Origin: Candidatus Limnocylindrales bacterium
Lineage (GTDB): Bacteria; Chloroflexota; Limnocylindria; Limnocylindrales; CSP1-4
Length of the DNA stretch: 64,000 nt
Direction: 5' to 3'
NCBI GenBank assembly: GCA_038328755.1
Contig: JBBQMH010000004.1
Coordinates: forward strand, 2,193-66,192
The notes below the pieces were generated by a model, which was not told the origin of the DNA, did no database searches, and saw only the letters and a program-made list of their open reading frames with translations. The translations under genes were made by a program, and so were the position numbers. The number at the start of each line of letters is the position of its first letter. Position 1 is the stretch's first letter. Positions 26,528-37,239 of the stretch are shown piece by piece.

Positions 26528-27958
26528 TCAGGGCCGCGCAGCCTCCATCCGATCGAGAATGGCCCGCTTGACCCCCTCGAGCGGGATCCGCTCCTGGGTC
26601 ATCGTGTCGCGGTCCCGGACGGTAACCGCCAGATCCTCCAGGGAGTCCACATCGACCGTCACGCACCACGGCGTTCCGATCTCGTCCTGGCGTCGATAGA
26701 GCTTGCCGATCGCGGCGGTGTCGTCGTAGACGGCCATCATGTCCCGCTTCAGGTCGCCGAGGATCCGATGGCAGAGCTCGACGATCTCGGGCCGTTTCTT
26801 GAGCAACGGCAGGACCGCGACCTTGTACGGTGCGAGGTCGGGGTGCAGGGCCAGCGACACGCGCCGCTCGCCGCGAACCTCTTCCTCGCGATAGGCATCG
26901 ATGAGGAACGTGAAGGCGGCCCGGTCGGCACCCGCCGCGGTCTCCACGATCCAGGGGATGAAGTGTTCCTCGGTCGCCGGGTCGAAGTACTCGAGGTTCT
27001 CGCCCGAGGCCTCGGCGTGTCGCGAGAGATCGAAGTCTCCGCGGTTGTGGACGCCCTCGAGCTCCTTCCACCCGAATGGGAACCGGTACTCGACGTCGAC
27101 GGCCTTCCTGGCGTAGTGGGCCAGCTCATCGGGGGCGTGCTCGCGCAGGCGGAGTCGCTCCGAAGCAACGCCGTACTGCTCATACCACGCCTTCCGGCGC
27201 GGCAGCCACTCCTCGAACGACGCCGACGCGGCATCGCCCGGTCGGACGAAGTACTGCATCTCCATCTGCTCGAACTCGCGCATCCGGAAGACGAAGTTTC
27301 CGGGGCTGATCTCGTTCCGGAAGCTCTTGCCAATCTGAGCGATCCCGAACGGGACCTTCTTCCGGCTCGACTGCTGGATGTTCTTGAAATTGACGTAGCT
27401 ACCCTGGGCGGTTTCCGGTCGGAAGTAGACGACCGAGGCATCGTCCTGGACCGGCCCCATGAAGGTCTGGAACATGAGGTTGAAGCGGCGAGGGGCGGAA
27501 AGTGGCCCGCCGTCGTTGGGGCAGGTCAGCCCGAAGCGCTCAATGACCGTCGGGTCCGTCAGATCCGTGGCCGTGAGGCTCTCGGAGCCGGGGAGCTCAT
27601 CCAGGCGATAACGGCGATGGCACGTCCCGCACTCGACCAGGGGATCGCTGAACGATCCAACGTGGCCGGAGGTGATCCAGACCTGCGGGTGCATGAGGAT
27701 CCCGGCATCCAGGCCAACGATGTCGTTTCGCTCCTGGACCATCGCCTTCCACCAGGCGCGCTTGACATTGTTCTTGAGCTCGACCCCGAGAGGCCCGTAG
27801 TCCCACACGGCGTTGATGCCGCCGTAGATCTCCGAGCTTGGGAAGACGAAGCCGCGGCGCTTCGAGAGGCTGACGATCGTGTCGAGGTCCGGGACTGCGG
27901 CCGGGACGTCGTTCGGATCGTGGGTCGGGTTGGTCGTCACGAAAACTCCTGATGGCAC
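26528..27958 (-). CDS. glyQS: glycine--tRNA ligase (homodimeric class II type)
   Basis: [63 protein letters not shown], and an anticodon-binding C-terminus. Confidence 0.95.
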   Translation of the reverse strand: MPSGVFVTTNPTHDPNDVPAAVPDLDTIVSLSKRRGFVFPSSEIYGGINAVWDYGPLGVELKNNVKRAWWKAMVQERNDIVGLDAGILMHPQVWITSGHVGSFSDPLVECGTCHRRYRLDELPGSESLTATDLTDPTVIERFGLTCPNDGGPLSAPRRFNLMFQTFMGPVQDDASVVYFRPETAQGSYVNFKNIQQSSRKKVPFGIAQIGKSFRNEISPGNFVFRMREFEQMEMQYFVRPGDAASASFEEWLPRRKAWYEQYGVASERLRLREHAPDELAHYARKAVDVEYRFPFGWKELEGVHNRGDFDLSRHAEASGENLEYFDPATEEHFIPWIVETAAGADRAAFTFLIDAYREEEVRGERRVSLALHPDLAPYKVAVLPLLKKRPEIVELCHRILGDLKRDMMAVYDDTAAIGKLYRRQDEIGTPWCVTVDVDSLEDLAVTVRDRDTMTQERIPLEGVKRAILDRMEAARP

Positions 27959-28020
27959 TCGACCGTGGCAAGGCCGGCGCGGGAGGATTGGGTCCCTGAT
28001 CCTAGCAGACCCATCCGACC

Positions 28021-28446
28021 CTACCTGGGAATTCCCACGAACCGGGCCGGCGTGATCCGGACCGGAAGGCTGTAGGTCTGACTCATGACGACGGGACCAC
28101 CGAGAGTCCGGTCGATCGACGGGCCGTATTTCGCCAGGAAGGCGGGGTTTTCCGGGATCGCCGGATAGTCGGGATCGACCCGAGCCATGCCCTCGATGAC
28201 CAGGTACTCGTCCGCCTCGGGATCCGTCCGGAGATGGAACGAGACGCGCGGATTAGTGGCCAGATTGGCGTTCCGTCGCGCGCGATGATCACCGTAGAAG
28301 ACCAGCTCACCATCGACCCACAGGAACCAGATCGGCATGCTCTGCGGCTGGCCGGTGGGCGTGACGGTGGTCAGCCAGCCGACGCGGTCCCCGGACAGTC
28401 GTTCGAGCGCCCGCTGCCCTCCGGGCGTCGCTGGATCCAGAGTCAA
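28021..28446 (-). CDS. pyridoxamine 5'-phosphate oxidase family protein (F420-dependent PPOX-class-like)
   Basis: [30 protein letters not shown] split-barrel signature. The TTG start overlaps the recO stop (TTGA). Confidence 0.7.
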   Translation of the reverse strand: MTLDPATPGGQRALERLSGDRVGWLTTVTPTGQPQSMPIWFLWVDGELVFYGDHRARRNANLATNPRVSFHLRTDPEADEYLVIEGMARVDPDYPAIPENPAFLAKYGPSIDRTLGGPVVMSQTYSLPVRITPARFVGIPR

Positions 28447-29231
28447 ACCGGTGCCTCCGTTCCTTCACGCTTCGCAGCGCGGACCTCATCGAGAAACGCC
28501 AATGATTTCGGCTGACGTTCGAGCGTGTACTCGAGAAAGGCGCGCATCGCTCGTTCGACCTCGGCCTCGACGGTCGGCCGGACCCGCAGCGCGGCCAGCG
28601 CCTCGGTGTCCATGCGCTGGAACGCCTTGAGGACCTTGAGCGCATCCAGCGACAGTTCCGTCCGGTCGTATGGTGGACCGGGGCATCGCTGGCACAGGAC
28701 GCCGCCGAGCGGCGGAACCCAGCGGTAGCGCTCGTCAGCCTCGAGAAGCCAGCCACACTCGACGCACCGATCGACCTCGGGCCTGATTCCCAGCTCGTCG
28801 GCGAGGTGCATCTCGAACCAGCGGGCCACCCTGGACGGCGCCATGCCGGCGTCGAGGATCTCGTAGCCCCGCTTGAGCAGCACGTAGATCGACTCGGCCG
28901 CGTGGCGCTCCTCCTGGGTCCGATCCGCCAGCTCCGCCATGTACGACGCCGTACCGAACGAGACGAGGTTGTCGCGCAGTTCCAGCCACGGGTGGATGAC
29001 CTCGACCTGGGTCACGACGTCGAAGGTCCGGCCGCGAGCGAGGGCGAGGCGCAACTCGGCGAATGGCTCGAGGCTGCCCCCGATCCGCGAGGACGGCCGG
29101 CGGATCCCCTTCGCGATCGCCTTGATCTTTCCGGATCCCGGCGTCAGGAGGGTCAGGATGCGATCCGCCTCGCCGTAATCGAAGCGCGAGAGGACGATGG
29201 CATCGGTGGTGTAGCGACGCGGGACTGGCAC
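28443..29231 (-). CDS. recO: DNA repair protein RecO
   Basis: TDAIVLSRFDYGEADRILTLLTPGSGKIKAIAKGIRR and zinc motif CVECG...CQRC. Start assigned to GTG 29231; the listed ORF start is 29321. Confidence 0.85.
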   Translation of the reverse strand: MPVPRRYTTDAIVLSRFDYGEADRILTLLTPGSGKIKAIAKGIRRPSSRIGGSLEPFAELRLALARGRTFDVVTQVEVIHPWLELRDNLVSFGTASYMAELADRTQEERHAAESIYVLLKRGYEILDAGMAPSRVARWFEMHLADELGIRPEVDRCVECGWLLEADERYRWVPPLGGVLCQRCPGPPYDRTELSLDALKVLKAFQRMDTEALAALRVRPTVEAEVERAMRAFLEYTLERQPKSLAFLDEVRAAKREGTEAPV

Positions 29232-29353
29232 ATGGTGACGGTAGCACCGGAACCCCCCGTCATCCGACGGGTCGCGACGGACCGATCGTACCGGCCGCAA
29301 CAGGCTACTCGGACCGCGCACGTTTGTCCGGGTGGCGATACACTCGCCGCGAC

Positions 29354-30379
29354 ATGTCGACGGCCGCCCCCGAGCTCGATCTTGCCGCGCTCATCGCGGA
29401 CACGGAGGAGGAGATCCTCCGTCTCTTCCGCGATCGAGATCCGTCGACCGTGGGTGTCTACGAGCAGGCGCGCTACCACCTTGGCCTGGACGGCCAGTCC
29501 GGCGTGTCGGGCAAGCGCATGCGCCCGCTCCTCGGCCTGCTCGCCTATGCCTCGATCACCGGAGACCACCGAGCCGCCCTGCCGGGTGCTGCCGCCGTGG
29601 AACTGGGCCACAACTTCAGCCTGGTTCATGACGATATCGAGGACGGCGACCGGGAACGACGCCATCGCCCCACGCTGTGGAGCCTGCACGGCGTCCCCCA
29701 GGCCATCAACACCGGAGACATGCTGTTCAGCCTCAGCCGGATCGCGCTGCACCGGCTGACCGACCTCGGGTTCAGCGACCACAAGGTGCTCCGACTGATG
29801 CGCCTGTACGACCACACCTGCGTCGCCCTGTGCGAGGGCCAGTACATCGACATCTCGACCAGCGAGACGGACGAGGTCATGTCCGTCGAGCTGTACTTCG
29901 ACATGATCGGCCGCAAGACGGCGGCCCTCATCGCCGCATCGATCGAGGCCGGCGCCCTGCTGGCGACCGATGATGAGCACGTCATCGACCGATACCGGGC
30001 GTTCGGCTGGGATCTCGGCCTGGCGTTCCAGATCAATGACGACCTCCTTGGCATCTGGGGCGACGAGCAGGCGACGGGCAAGGAACCGACCGACGTGGCT
30101 CGTCGCAAGAAGACGCTGCCGGTGATCTATGCGTTCGAGCATGCGGCTCCGGACGATCGCGCCCGCCTGGCCGAGCTCTACGCGGAGAGCGACCCATCGC
30201 CCGCGGGCATCGCCGAGATCGTGTCGATCCTCGAGCGCAGCGGCGCGGAGGTCTACACGCGAACGCAGGCGCGCCTCCATCGCGACCGGGCACTCGAGGC
30301 CCTCGATGCAGCCGGAGTCGTGCTGCCGGAACCACGGGCACGCCTCGAGGAGATCATCATCCGGGTCATCTCCGCCTGA
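29354..30379 (+). CDS. polyprenyl diphosphate synthase (trans-IPPS, GGPP/FPP synthase family)
   Basis: First Asp-rich motif LVHDDIEDGDRERRHRPT and second FQINDDLLGIWG, then GKEPTDVARRKKTLP. It is the only plus-strand gene inside the 28-64 kb minus-strand block. Confidence 0.85.
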   Translation: MSTAAPELDLAALIADTEEEILRLFRDRDPSTVGVYEQARYHLGLDGQSGVSGKRMRPLLGLLAYASITGDHRAALPGAAAVELGHNFSLVHDDIEDGDRERRHRPTLWSLHGVPQAINTGDMLFSLSRIALHRLTDLGFSDHKVLRLMRLYDHTCVALCEGQYIDISTSETDEVMSVELYFDMIGRKTAALIAASIEAGALLATDDEHVIDRYRAFGWDLGLAFQINDDLLGIWGDEQATGKEPTDVARRKKTLPVIYAFEHAAPDDRARLAELYAESDPSPAGIAEIVSILERSGAEVYTRTQARLHRDRALEALDAAGVVLPEPRARLEEIIIRVISA

Positions 30380-30429
30380 CCCCTGGCTCGCGTCGCAGCG
30401 GGCAGCGGGAGGCTGGGGATCGTCCTGGT

Positions 30430-31758
30430 TCAGTCCTCGGCGTCGCCCAGCTGGCCTTCCTGGTAGCGGACGACCAGGACCTTGCCGACCCGGCGACCAT
30501 CCGTGGTTTCCACCGTCAGCGTCAGCCCCCCGACCGTGATCTGGTCGCCCGGCTTGGGGACTCCGCCGATCCGGTGATAGAGCAGGCCGCCAACGGTGTC
30601 GTATTCCTCTTCATCCTCGAACACGAGCGAGATATCGAAGACCTCGCCCAGCTCGTCGACATCGGCCCGGCCGTCGACCCGGGCCTCGTTCTCGGAGAGC
30701 CGAACGACGATCGGCTCCTCGACGTCGTATTCGTCCTGGATCTCCCCGACGATCTCCTCGAGCAGGTCCTCGATGGTCACGATGCCCGCCGTGCCGCCGT
30801 ACTCGTCGAGGACGATCGCGAGATGGACCTTGCGACGCTGCAGCTCGTGGAGCAGGTCGTCGATGGTCATCGACTCGGGGACCAGGACGGGCGCTCGGAG
30901 CAGCGCCCGCAGCGTCGGACGCGGGGCGGCATCGGACTTGAGGTATGGCAGGAGGTCCTTGGCGTAGAGGATGCCGACGATCTCGTCGAGCGACTCCTCG
31001 TAGGCCGGAATGCGCGAATGGCCCTCGGCAATGACGAGGTCGATCGCATCCTCGAACGATGCGGTCGCATGGATCCCGGCAATCGAAACGCGCGGGACCA
31101 TCACCTCGTGGACGCGCCGCCCGCCGAGCTCGATGACGGCGTTGATCATCTGCTCCTCTTCGGCCTCGAGCACTCCCTGCTGGCCGCCGCGCTCGACGAT
31201 CAGCCGCAGCTCCTCGGCCGTGATCGCGGCCTCCGAGGACACCTCCAACCCGAGGATCCGGGTGATCGCCCGCGTCAGACCGGTCAGGACCACCACCACG
31301 GGACCCAGGACGCGCGCCAGGAAGTCGATCGGCCGCGACAGGGCCATTGCATACCGCTCCGGATTCCCAAGGGCCAGCGTCTTGGGCACGAGTTCGGCGA
31401 AGACGATCGTGAACAGGGCCAGGATCACGGTCACGGTGGTGAGGGCGATGATCCCGGCCGTTTCTTCCGGCATCCCGGTCGTCGCGAGCAGGTTCGCCAG
31501 TCCGTCCACGAGATTGAGGGCGGCGTACGCCGAGGCAAAGAACCCGATGATGGTCAGGCCGAGCTGGGACACGGCGAGGAACCGTCCGGGGTCGTCGAGC
31601 AGCCGCCGGACGCGCCGAGCACCCGGATTCCCCTCCTCGACCAGTTGATCCACCCGGCTGCGACGAACCGAGACGAGGGCGATCTCCGCGGCGACGAAGA
31701 ACGCCTCGAGCATCGTGAGCCCGATGAGGACGAGGATCTCCGGTATCGGGCTGCTCAT
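30430..31758 (-). CDS. hemolysin/CorC family protein (DUF21 TM domain + CBS pair + CorC_HlyC)
   Basis: N-terminal TM region with [13 protein letters not shown], a CBS pair, and C-terminal [16 protein letters not shown]. Confidence 0.85.
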   Translation of the reverse strand: MSSPIPEILVLIGLTMLEAFFVAAEIALVSVRRSRVDQLVEEGNPGARRVRRLLDDPGRFLAVSQLGLTIIGFFASAYAALNLVDGLANLLATTGMPEETAGIIALTTVTVILALFTIVFAELVPKTLALGNPERYAMALSRPIDFLARVLGPVVVVLTGLTRAITRILGLEVSSEAAITAEELRLIVERGGQQGVLEAEEEQMINAVIELGGRRVHEVMVPRVSIAGIHATASFEDAIDLVIAEGHSRIPAYEESLDEIVGILYAKDLLPYLKSDAAPRPTLRALLRAPVLVPESMTIDDLLHELQRRKVHLAIVLDEYGGTAGIVTIEDLLEEIVGEIQDEYDVEEPIVVRLSENEARVDGRADVDELGEVFDISLVFEDEEEYDTVGGLLYHRIGGVPKPGDQITVGGLTLTVETTDGRRVGKVLVVRYQEGQLGDAED

Positions 31759-33170
31759 CCGGAAGCTGGTGGCTCGGGTGGGACGGCGCGTGGCTCACGG
31801 ATCCGGGCGGGCACTCCGAAGGCGAGCTTGCCGGGAGGGACCGACCGCGTGACCACGGCGCCGGCCCCCGTCCTGGCGCCGTCGCCGATCTCGACCGGCG
31901 CCACGAGCATCGTGTCGACACCCAGGAACGCATTCCGGCCGATCGTCGTCCGGTTCTTGGTCCGGCCGTCCCAGTTGGCCGTGATCGTGCCGGCACCGAC
32001 GTTCGTGCCTTCGCCAAGGTCGGCGTCACCGAGATAGCTGACGTGATGCTGCTTGACGCCGGCCCCGAGGGTGGCGTTCTTCAGTTCCGCGAAGTTGCCG
32101 ATCTCCGCCCCCGTTCCGACCCGGGTACCCGGCCGGAGATGGCTGAACGGCCCGATCGATGCGCGGTCTTCGACCGTCGAACGCTCGACGACGCTGGCCC
32201 AGACGACGCAGTCGCTCCCGATGGTCGAATCGAGGATCGTCGTATCCGGACCGATCGTGGTCCCGGGTCCGATCGTGGTCATGCCACGCAGGATGACGTT
32301 CGGCTCGAGGATGACATCCGCGGCCAGCGAGACGCCGAAGTCGACGTACGCCGTGGACGGATCCCGCATCGTGACCCCGGCCTGCATGTGCGCCTCGTTC
32401 AGGCGAACACGAAGCGCCCACTCGGCCTGCGCAAGCTGGGTTCGATCATTGATCCCGTCAAACGTGCCGTCGTCGTCGAAACCGACCGCGCTGACGATTC
32501 GCCCGTCCTCGCGAGCCAAACGGGCAAGTTCCGTCAGGTATAGCTCACCGGTGGCTGCCGATGGCTCGATCGCGTCAATCCGGCGCCGGAGCCAGGCCGC
32601 GTCGAAGGCGTACGCGCCGGCGTTGACCTCGTTCGTTTCGAGCTCCTCGGCCGAGGCGTCCCTGGCCTCGACGATTCGTTCGACCGTCCCGAACTCAGTC
32701 CTGACGACCCGCCCGAGATTACCGGGATCAGCCGCGAAGACACTCGCGAGCGCGATCGCGGCATCGTCGAGGCGACGTTGCTCCAGCACCGCCTTCAGGT
32801 GCGGTCCCGTGACCAGGGGCACGTCGCCGGATAGCACGAGGATCTCCGTCGCATCGTCGGGGACCGCGGCGAGGGCGGCGCGAACCGCGTCCGCAGTACC
32901 GCGTGGCGCGTCCTGCAGCGCGAAGGTCGGCTCGTGCGGCAGGGCTGCATCCCGAACCTCGCTGGTGGGGGGCGAGTAGACGACGACCGGTGCCGGAAGC
33001 GCGGACTCATCGTCGATGTCGGCCCAGGCGTCGAGGACGTAGGCCAGCATCGGGCGACCGCACAGCAGGTGGAGAACCTTTGGCGTGATCGAGCGCATCC
33101 GGGTCCCGAGCCCTGCAGCCAGAACGACGGCGACGGTGCGCCCAGTCGAGGCCGATGGTTGAGGCGTCAT
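31755..33170 (-). CDS. glmU: bifunctional UDP-N-acetylglucosamine diphosphorylase / glucosamine-1-phosphate N-acetyltransferase
   Basis: AVVLAAGLGTRMRSITPKVLHLLCGRPML and C-terminal left-handed beta-helix hexapeptide repeats. Confidence 0.95.
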   Translation of the reverse strand: MTPQPSASTGRTVAVVLAAGLGTRMRSITPKVLHLLCGRPMLAYVLDAWADIDDESALPAPVVVYSPPTSEVRDAALPHEPTFALQDAPRGTADAVRAALAAVPDDATEILVLSGDVPLVTGPHLKAVLEQRRLDDAAIALASVFAADPGNLGRVVRTEFGTVERIVEARDASAEELETNEVNAGAYAFDAAWLRRRIDAIEPSAATGELYLTELARLAREDGRIVSAVGFDDDGTFDGINDRTQLAQAEWALRVRLNEAHMQAGVTMRDPSTAYVDFGVSLAADVILEPNVILRGMTTIGPGTTIGPDTTILDSTIGSDCVVWASVVERSTVEDRASIGPFSHLRPGTRVGTGAEIGNFAELKNATLGAGVKQHHVSYLGDADLGEGTNVGAGTITANWDGRTKNRTTIGRNAFLGVDTMLVAPVEIGDGARTGAGAVVTRSVPPGKLAFGVPARIREPRAVPPEPPASG

Positions 33171-33236
33171 CAGAAGGTGGCGGTAGCGTATGGGCGCGCC
33201 AGCGCGAGTGTCAATCGAGGCTCTCCCGCTCGTTGG

Positions 33237-33620
33237 TCAGGCATTCCGGCGGGCGATCGCCTCGATCTCGATCCGGGCGCCCTTCGGGAGCGCACCCACG
33301 GCGAACGTTGATCGGGCAGGCGCCGGGTCGACCACGTGCGTCGCGTAGATCGCGTTGACCGCGCCAAAGTCATTGATGTCGGCCAGGAAGATGGTCGTCT
33401 TGACGACATCCGCGAACGAACAGCCTGCCGCATCCAGCACCGCGGCCATATTCCGAAGGGCGCGCTCGGCCTGCGCCTCGACGCCATCGGCAAGGTCACC
33501 GGTCGCCGGGTCAAGACCGAGCTGTCCGGAACAGAAGACCAGATCGCCGCTGATGATCGCCTGGCTGTATGGCCCCAGTGCGGAGGGTGCCCACTTCGTC
33601 GAGATGGCCTGTCGGTTCAC
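33237..33620 (-). CDS. ridA: RidA/YjgF family reactive-intermediate deaminase
   Basis: APSALGPYSQAIISGDLVFCSGQLGLDP...ARIEIEAIA. The GTG start overlaps the ispE stop (GTGA). Confidence 0.9.
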   Translation of the reverse strand: MNRQAISTKWAPSALGPYSQAIISGDLVFCSGQLGLDPATGDLADGVEAQAERALRNMAAVLDAAGCSFADVVKTTIFLADINDFGAVNAIYATHVVDPAPARSTFAVGALPKGARIEIEAIARRNA

Positions 33621-34690
33621 GGACTTGTCTCCTCGTGTAGCGGTCGCGTCGGCGACCCTTCGTTCTCGGTCTCGGCTGCTGTGATCTGCATGGCGCCCCG
33701 GCCGATCGTCGTCGCGACGACGGACGAACGCCCGTCGCCCGGCGCAACGATTGAACCGTCACTCAGGGCCACGAGCACGGACGCTGCGGCAGATGCCGCC
33801 TCGGCCTCCGAAGCATAGATGACCCAGAGCGTCGGCCCGGACCCGGACAGGCCAACCGGGCGGCCGAGACGGCGAACGAGTCCACGGCGCAGGCTCCGGA
33901 GGCCCGGGACGACGAGATCCGCCGCTCCGGCCAGATCATTCGCGCTGGCAAGCACCCCAGCCCGCGTGAGAAGGGCATCAGCCCGCAGGCCGGCGCGCCA
34001 TTCGCCGGCCAGGTGCTCCGAGGCTGCTCGCGTGCTACCCGGATCGTTCGGCGCGCCGGCGCCGCCCAGGTCAAGCGTCGCGAAGACCCGGGCCGACGGA
34101 GCCGGAACGCCCGCTGTCACGAGCAGCACGCCAGGCGGCGTTCCTCGCAGTCCCGGCAGCGACTCCACGCCGTCGCCCGAACCCGTCACGACGGCAGCCC
34201 CGCCGGCCAGGAAGAACGGGACGTCCGATCCGATCTGGACCGCCACGCGATGCCGCAGTGTCGCCAGTTCAGCCGGCTCGAGGACCAGGTCGGCGCCCCA
34301 GGCGACCAGCGCGGCGTCGAGAGCGCCCGCCGCATCGCTGCTGCCACCCGCGAGCCCCGCGGCAACCGGGATGTGCTTCTCGAGGCGCGTGGCCAGCGGA
34401 AACGCATCCACCGAGCGGCCGACGGCGCTGCGCGTTGCCGCGATGGCGCGCAGGACGAGATTGTCCGCGACCGAGCCGGCGTCCAACCCGCTGACCTTCA
34501 GGGTATCGTCGGTGCCCTGTGCGCGGGCGACGCTCAATCGATCGGCCAGCTCCAGCGGGATCATGATCGAGTGGAGGTCGTGGAACCCATCCGGACGGCG
34601 GCCAAGGATGGCCAACGACAGGTTCAGCTTCGCCGGCGCGAGGCGGACGACCGGTGACAGGCGGCGATCCGCCGGTATGCCGCTATCCAC
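33617..34690 (-). CDS. ispE: 4-diphosphocytidyl-2-C-methyl-D-erythritol kinase
   Basis: APAKLNLSLAILGRRPDGFHDLHSIM and GHMP motif PVAAGLAGGSSDAAG. GTG 34690 overlaps the rsmA stop. Carries a C-terminal tail of about 60 aa. Confidence 0.85.
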   Translation of the reverse strand: MDSGIPADRRLSPVVRLAPAKLNLSLAILGRRPDGFHDLHSIMIPLELADRLSVARAQGTDDTLKVSGLDAGSVADNLVLRAIAATRSAVGRSVDAFPLATRLEKHIPVAAGLAGGSSDAAGALDAALVAWGADLVLEPAELATLRHRVAVQIGSDVPFFLAGGAAVVTGSGDGVESLPGLRGTPPGVLLVTAGVPAPSARVFATLDLGGAGAPNDPGSTRAASEHLAGEWRAGLRADALLTRAGVLASANDLAGAADLVVPGLRSLRRGLVRRLGRPVGLSGSGPTLWVIYASEAEAASAAASVLVALSDGSIVAPGDGRSSVVATTIGRGAMQITAAETENEGSPTRPLHEETSP

Positions 34691-35618
34691 GGGTATCGCC
34701 CAGCGCGCCGGATAGCGCGATCCACTCTGCCACCGACAGCGTCTGCGGGCGTCGATCGCCGCTGATCCCGACGAGTGCCAGGGCCTGATCCACCCGAGCC
34801 TGGCCCACCCTGAGCTGCCGGCCAAGGACGTTCCGGAGCATCTTCCGCCGCTCGCGAAAGCCAGACTGGACGAGCGCCCATAACGCGTCCTCGTCCGCGG
34901 GCGGAACCGATGGCCGCTCCGGTCCGGAGTTCGGTGGGCCGCCTCCCGACTCGTACGGCTCCAGCACGATCACGGCAGACACGACGCTCGGGGCCGGTTC
35001 GAAGGCGGCGGCCGGCACGCGACAGGCGATCCGGACGGCGGCGTGGTACTGGACGAAGACGGACAGGTAGCTCATCCGCCCGGGTGGGGCGGCGATGCGC
35101 TCGGCGACCTCCCACTGAACCATGAGGACCATTCGGGTGGGTCGCGGCGGCGCGTCGAGAAGGCGATGCAGGACCGGGCTGGTGATGTGATACGGAAGGT
35201 TGGCGACCACGGTGAACGGACCGGGAACGAGTGACGGCAGGTCGTGATCCAGGGCATCGCCCTCGATCAGCGTCAGTGCGCCGGGCGCGGCTGGATCGGC
35301 GGTACCACGCGAAACTGCATCGGAGAGTCGCTTTCGGACCAGACCGGCCAGGCGAAAATCCAGCTCGACGGCGGTCACCGCGGCACCGGCGTCCAACAGG
35401 CCTCCGGTCAGAATGCCGAGCCCAGGCCCGATCTCGAGAACGCGCTCGCCAGGTTCGACGGCCGCTTCCGCGAGGATGGTCTCGAGTACGTCCGGATCTG
35501 CAAGGAAGTTCTGGGACAGTGAGTGCCGGGCGCGGAGCCCTTCATCGCGCAGCAGGCGACGGACCGCCAGCGGGTCGAGGGTCGGTCCACGGCCGCGCGA
35601 CGCCGGCGCTTCGCTCAC
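34683..35618 (-). CDS. rsmA: 16S rRNA (adenine1518/1519-N6)-dimethyltransferase
   Basis: LSQNFLADPDVLETI, SAM motif VLEIGPGLGILT, and NLPYHITSP. GTG 35618 overlaps the tsaD stop (GTGA). Confidence 0.9.
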   Translation of the reverse strand: MSEAPASRGRGPTLDPLAVRRLLRDEGLRARHSLSQNFLADPDVLETILAEAAVEPGERVLEIGPGLGILTGGLLDAGAAVTAVELDFRLAGLVRKRLSDAVSRGTADPAAPGALTLIEGDALDHDLPSLVPGPFTVVANLPYHITSPVLHRLLDAPPRPTRMVLMVQWEVAERIAAPPGRMSYLSVFVQYHAAVRIACRVPAAAFEPAPSVVSAVIVLEPYESGGGPPNSGPERPSVPPADEDALWALVQSGFRERRKMLRNVLGRQLRVGQARVDQALALVGISGDRRPQTLSVAEWIALSGALGDTRG

Positions 35619-36676
35619 CGCGGGGCCAGCGGCAACGACGGCCGCGCATCGAGGTCGAGTCCGGCCCGCTCGCCCGCCGCGTAGCGCCGGGCGCCCGCCG
35701 CGCCGATCATCGCGCCGTTGTCGGTGCACAGGCCCGCTCGCGGGATGATGACCGGAATGGCGAGTTCCTCCGCTTCCCCGATGAGGCGTTTGCGCAGAAC
35801 GCCGTTCGCCGCCACTCCCCCACCGAGGACGATGCAGCGCGCCCCGGCCGCCTTCGCGGCGCGGATCGTCTTCGCCACCAGGACGTCCGTCACGGAGTCC
35901 TGGAAGCCCCAGGCGAACTCGGCGATCGTGGCCGCCGGCAATCGCTCGGTTGGGTCATTGCCGAGGCCTTCATCCTGACGGGCCGCATCGATGATCCGCC
36001 GCGCTGCCGTCTTGAGGCCCGAAAAGCTGAAATCGAGTGAGCTCCCCAACCACGCCCGGGGGAAGACCGCATCGCGGCGAGTGGCACCCTCGGCGGCTCG
36101 CTGGATCGCCGGTCCACCTGGATAATCGAGCCCGAGGAGCCGGCCGACCTTGTCGAACGCCTCGCCCGCGGCATCGTCCACGGTCCCACCGAGGAATCGA
36201 TAGTCGAGGTGGTCGCGCATCTCGACCAGGAACGTGTGACCGCCCGACACGATGAGCGCCACCAGCGGGAAGATCGGCTCGGCCGTGTCGTCGCCTGTGT
36301 CGAGAAGCCAGCTCGCGTACAGGTGACCCTCGAGGTGATTGACCCCCACCAGCGGACGATCGTGGATCCAGGCCAGGGTCTTGCCGACGTTGATCCCGAC
36401 GAGCAGGGATCCAGCCAGGCCAGGGCCGTAGGTCACGGCGACCGCGTCCACGTCGGGCATGCTCACGCCGGCCGCGCCGAGGGCTTCGTCGAGCACGGGG
36501 AGGATCCAGCGAAGATGCGCTCGAGCCGCCACCTCCGGCACGATCCCACCGGTCGCGGCGTGCATCGCCACCTGACTGGCAACCACGTTGGCGTGGATCT
36601 GCCGGCCGCCTTCGACGAGGGCGACTCCGGTCTCGTCACAGGACGATTCGATCGCCAGGATCAGCGGACCGCTCAT
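35615..36676 (-). CDS. tsaD: tRNA N6-adenosine threonylcarbamoyltransferase
   Basis: ILAIESSCDETGVALV, VNHLEGHL, VSGGHT, GGGVAAN. ATG 36676 overlaps the rimI stop (ATGA). Confidence 0.95.
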   Translation of the reverse strand: MSGPLILAIESSCDETGVALVEGGRQIHANVVASQVAMHAATGGIVPEVAARAHLRWILPVLDEALGAAGVSMPDVDAVAVTYGPGLAGSLLVGINVGKTLAWIHDRPLVGVNHLEGHLYASWLLDTGDDTAEPIFPLVALIVSGGHTFLVEMRDHLDYRFLGGTVDDAAGEAFDKVGRLLGLDYPGGPAIQRAAEGATRRDAVFPRAWLGSSLDFSFSGLKTAARRIIDAARQDEGLGNDPTERLPAATIAEFAWGFQDSVTDVLVAKTIRAAKAAGARCIVLGGGVAANGVLRKRLIGEAEELAIPVIIPRAGLCTDNGAMIGAAGARRYAAGERAGLDLDARPSLPLAPR

Positions 36677-37239
36677 CGAGGAGCCCCGTGGGAGGCATCG
36701 AGCGATGCGACCGTGATCGTCGGACCCTCCGGCGCAGGCGATGCAGCCAAAGCCGCGCGCCACCGTGCGATGAGCTCGGTCATCTCCGCATCCTGGAGCG
36801 GCGGCGTCGTCATGATCAGGGCGTCCTCCCCGTTGTCCGAGTAGTACCGCGTCCGCAGGCCAGCCGGCCGGAACCCGTACTTCTCGTACAGCCGACGCGC
36901 TGGCAGGTTGGACAGGCGAACCTCCAGGGTCGCCTCACGGGCGTGGCGAGCGATGGCCACGTCGAGGAGGGCCAGCAGCAGGGTCTCGCCGACCCGCTGG
37001 CGGCGCCACGCGGGATCCACCGCGAACGTCGTCACGTGGGCCTCATCGACCATCAGCCAGATGCCGCCGTAGGCGACCACGGATCCCGAGGCCCTGACCA
37101 CCAGATACGTGGCCAGTCGGTTGGTCGCCAGCTCGCTCCGATATGCCTCATCGGGCCATGGGACGCTGAAGCTGGCGCGCTCGATCCGATGGACCTCGGG
37201 CAGATCTGCGTCGGACATGGGTTCGATCCGGAGGATCAT
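36673..37239 (-). CDS. rimI: ribosomal-protein-alanine N-acetyltransferase
   Basis: IERASFSVPWPDEAY and GNAT core RRQRVGETLL...LEVRLSNLPARRLYEKYGF. ATG 37239 overlaps the tsaB stop (ATGA). Confidence 0.85.
   Translation of the reverse strand: MILRIEPMSDADLPEVHRIERASFSVPWPDEAYRSELATNRLATYLVVRASGSVVAYGGIWLMVDEAHVTTFAVDPAWRRQRVGETLLLALLDVAIARHAREATLEVRLSNLPARRLYEKYGFRPAGLRTRYYSDNGEDALIMTTPPLQDAEMTELIARWRAALAASPAPEGPTITVASLDASHGAPR

Noticed and set aside
27959-28020. Possible T-box or other leader upstream of glyQS
   Set aside because: The spacer is only 62 nt and has no specifier/T-box-like sequence.
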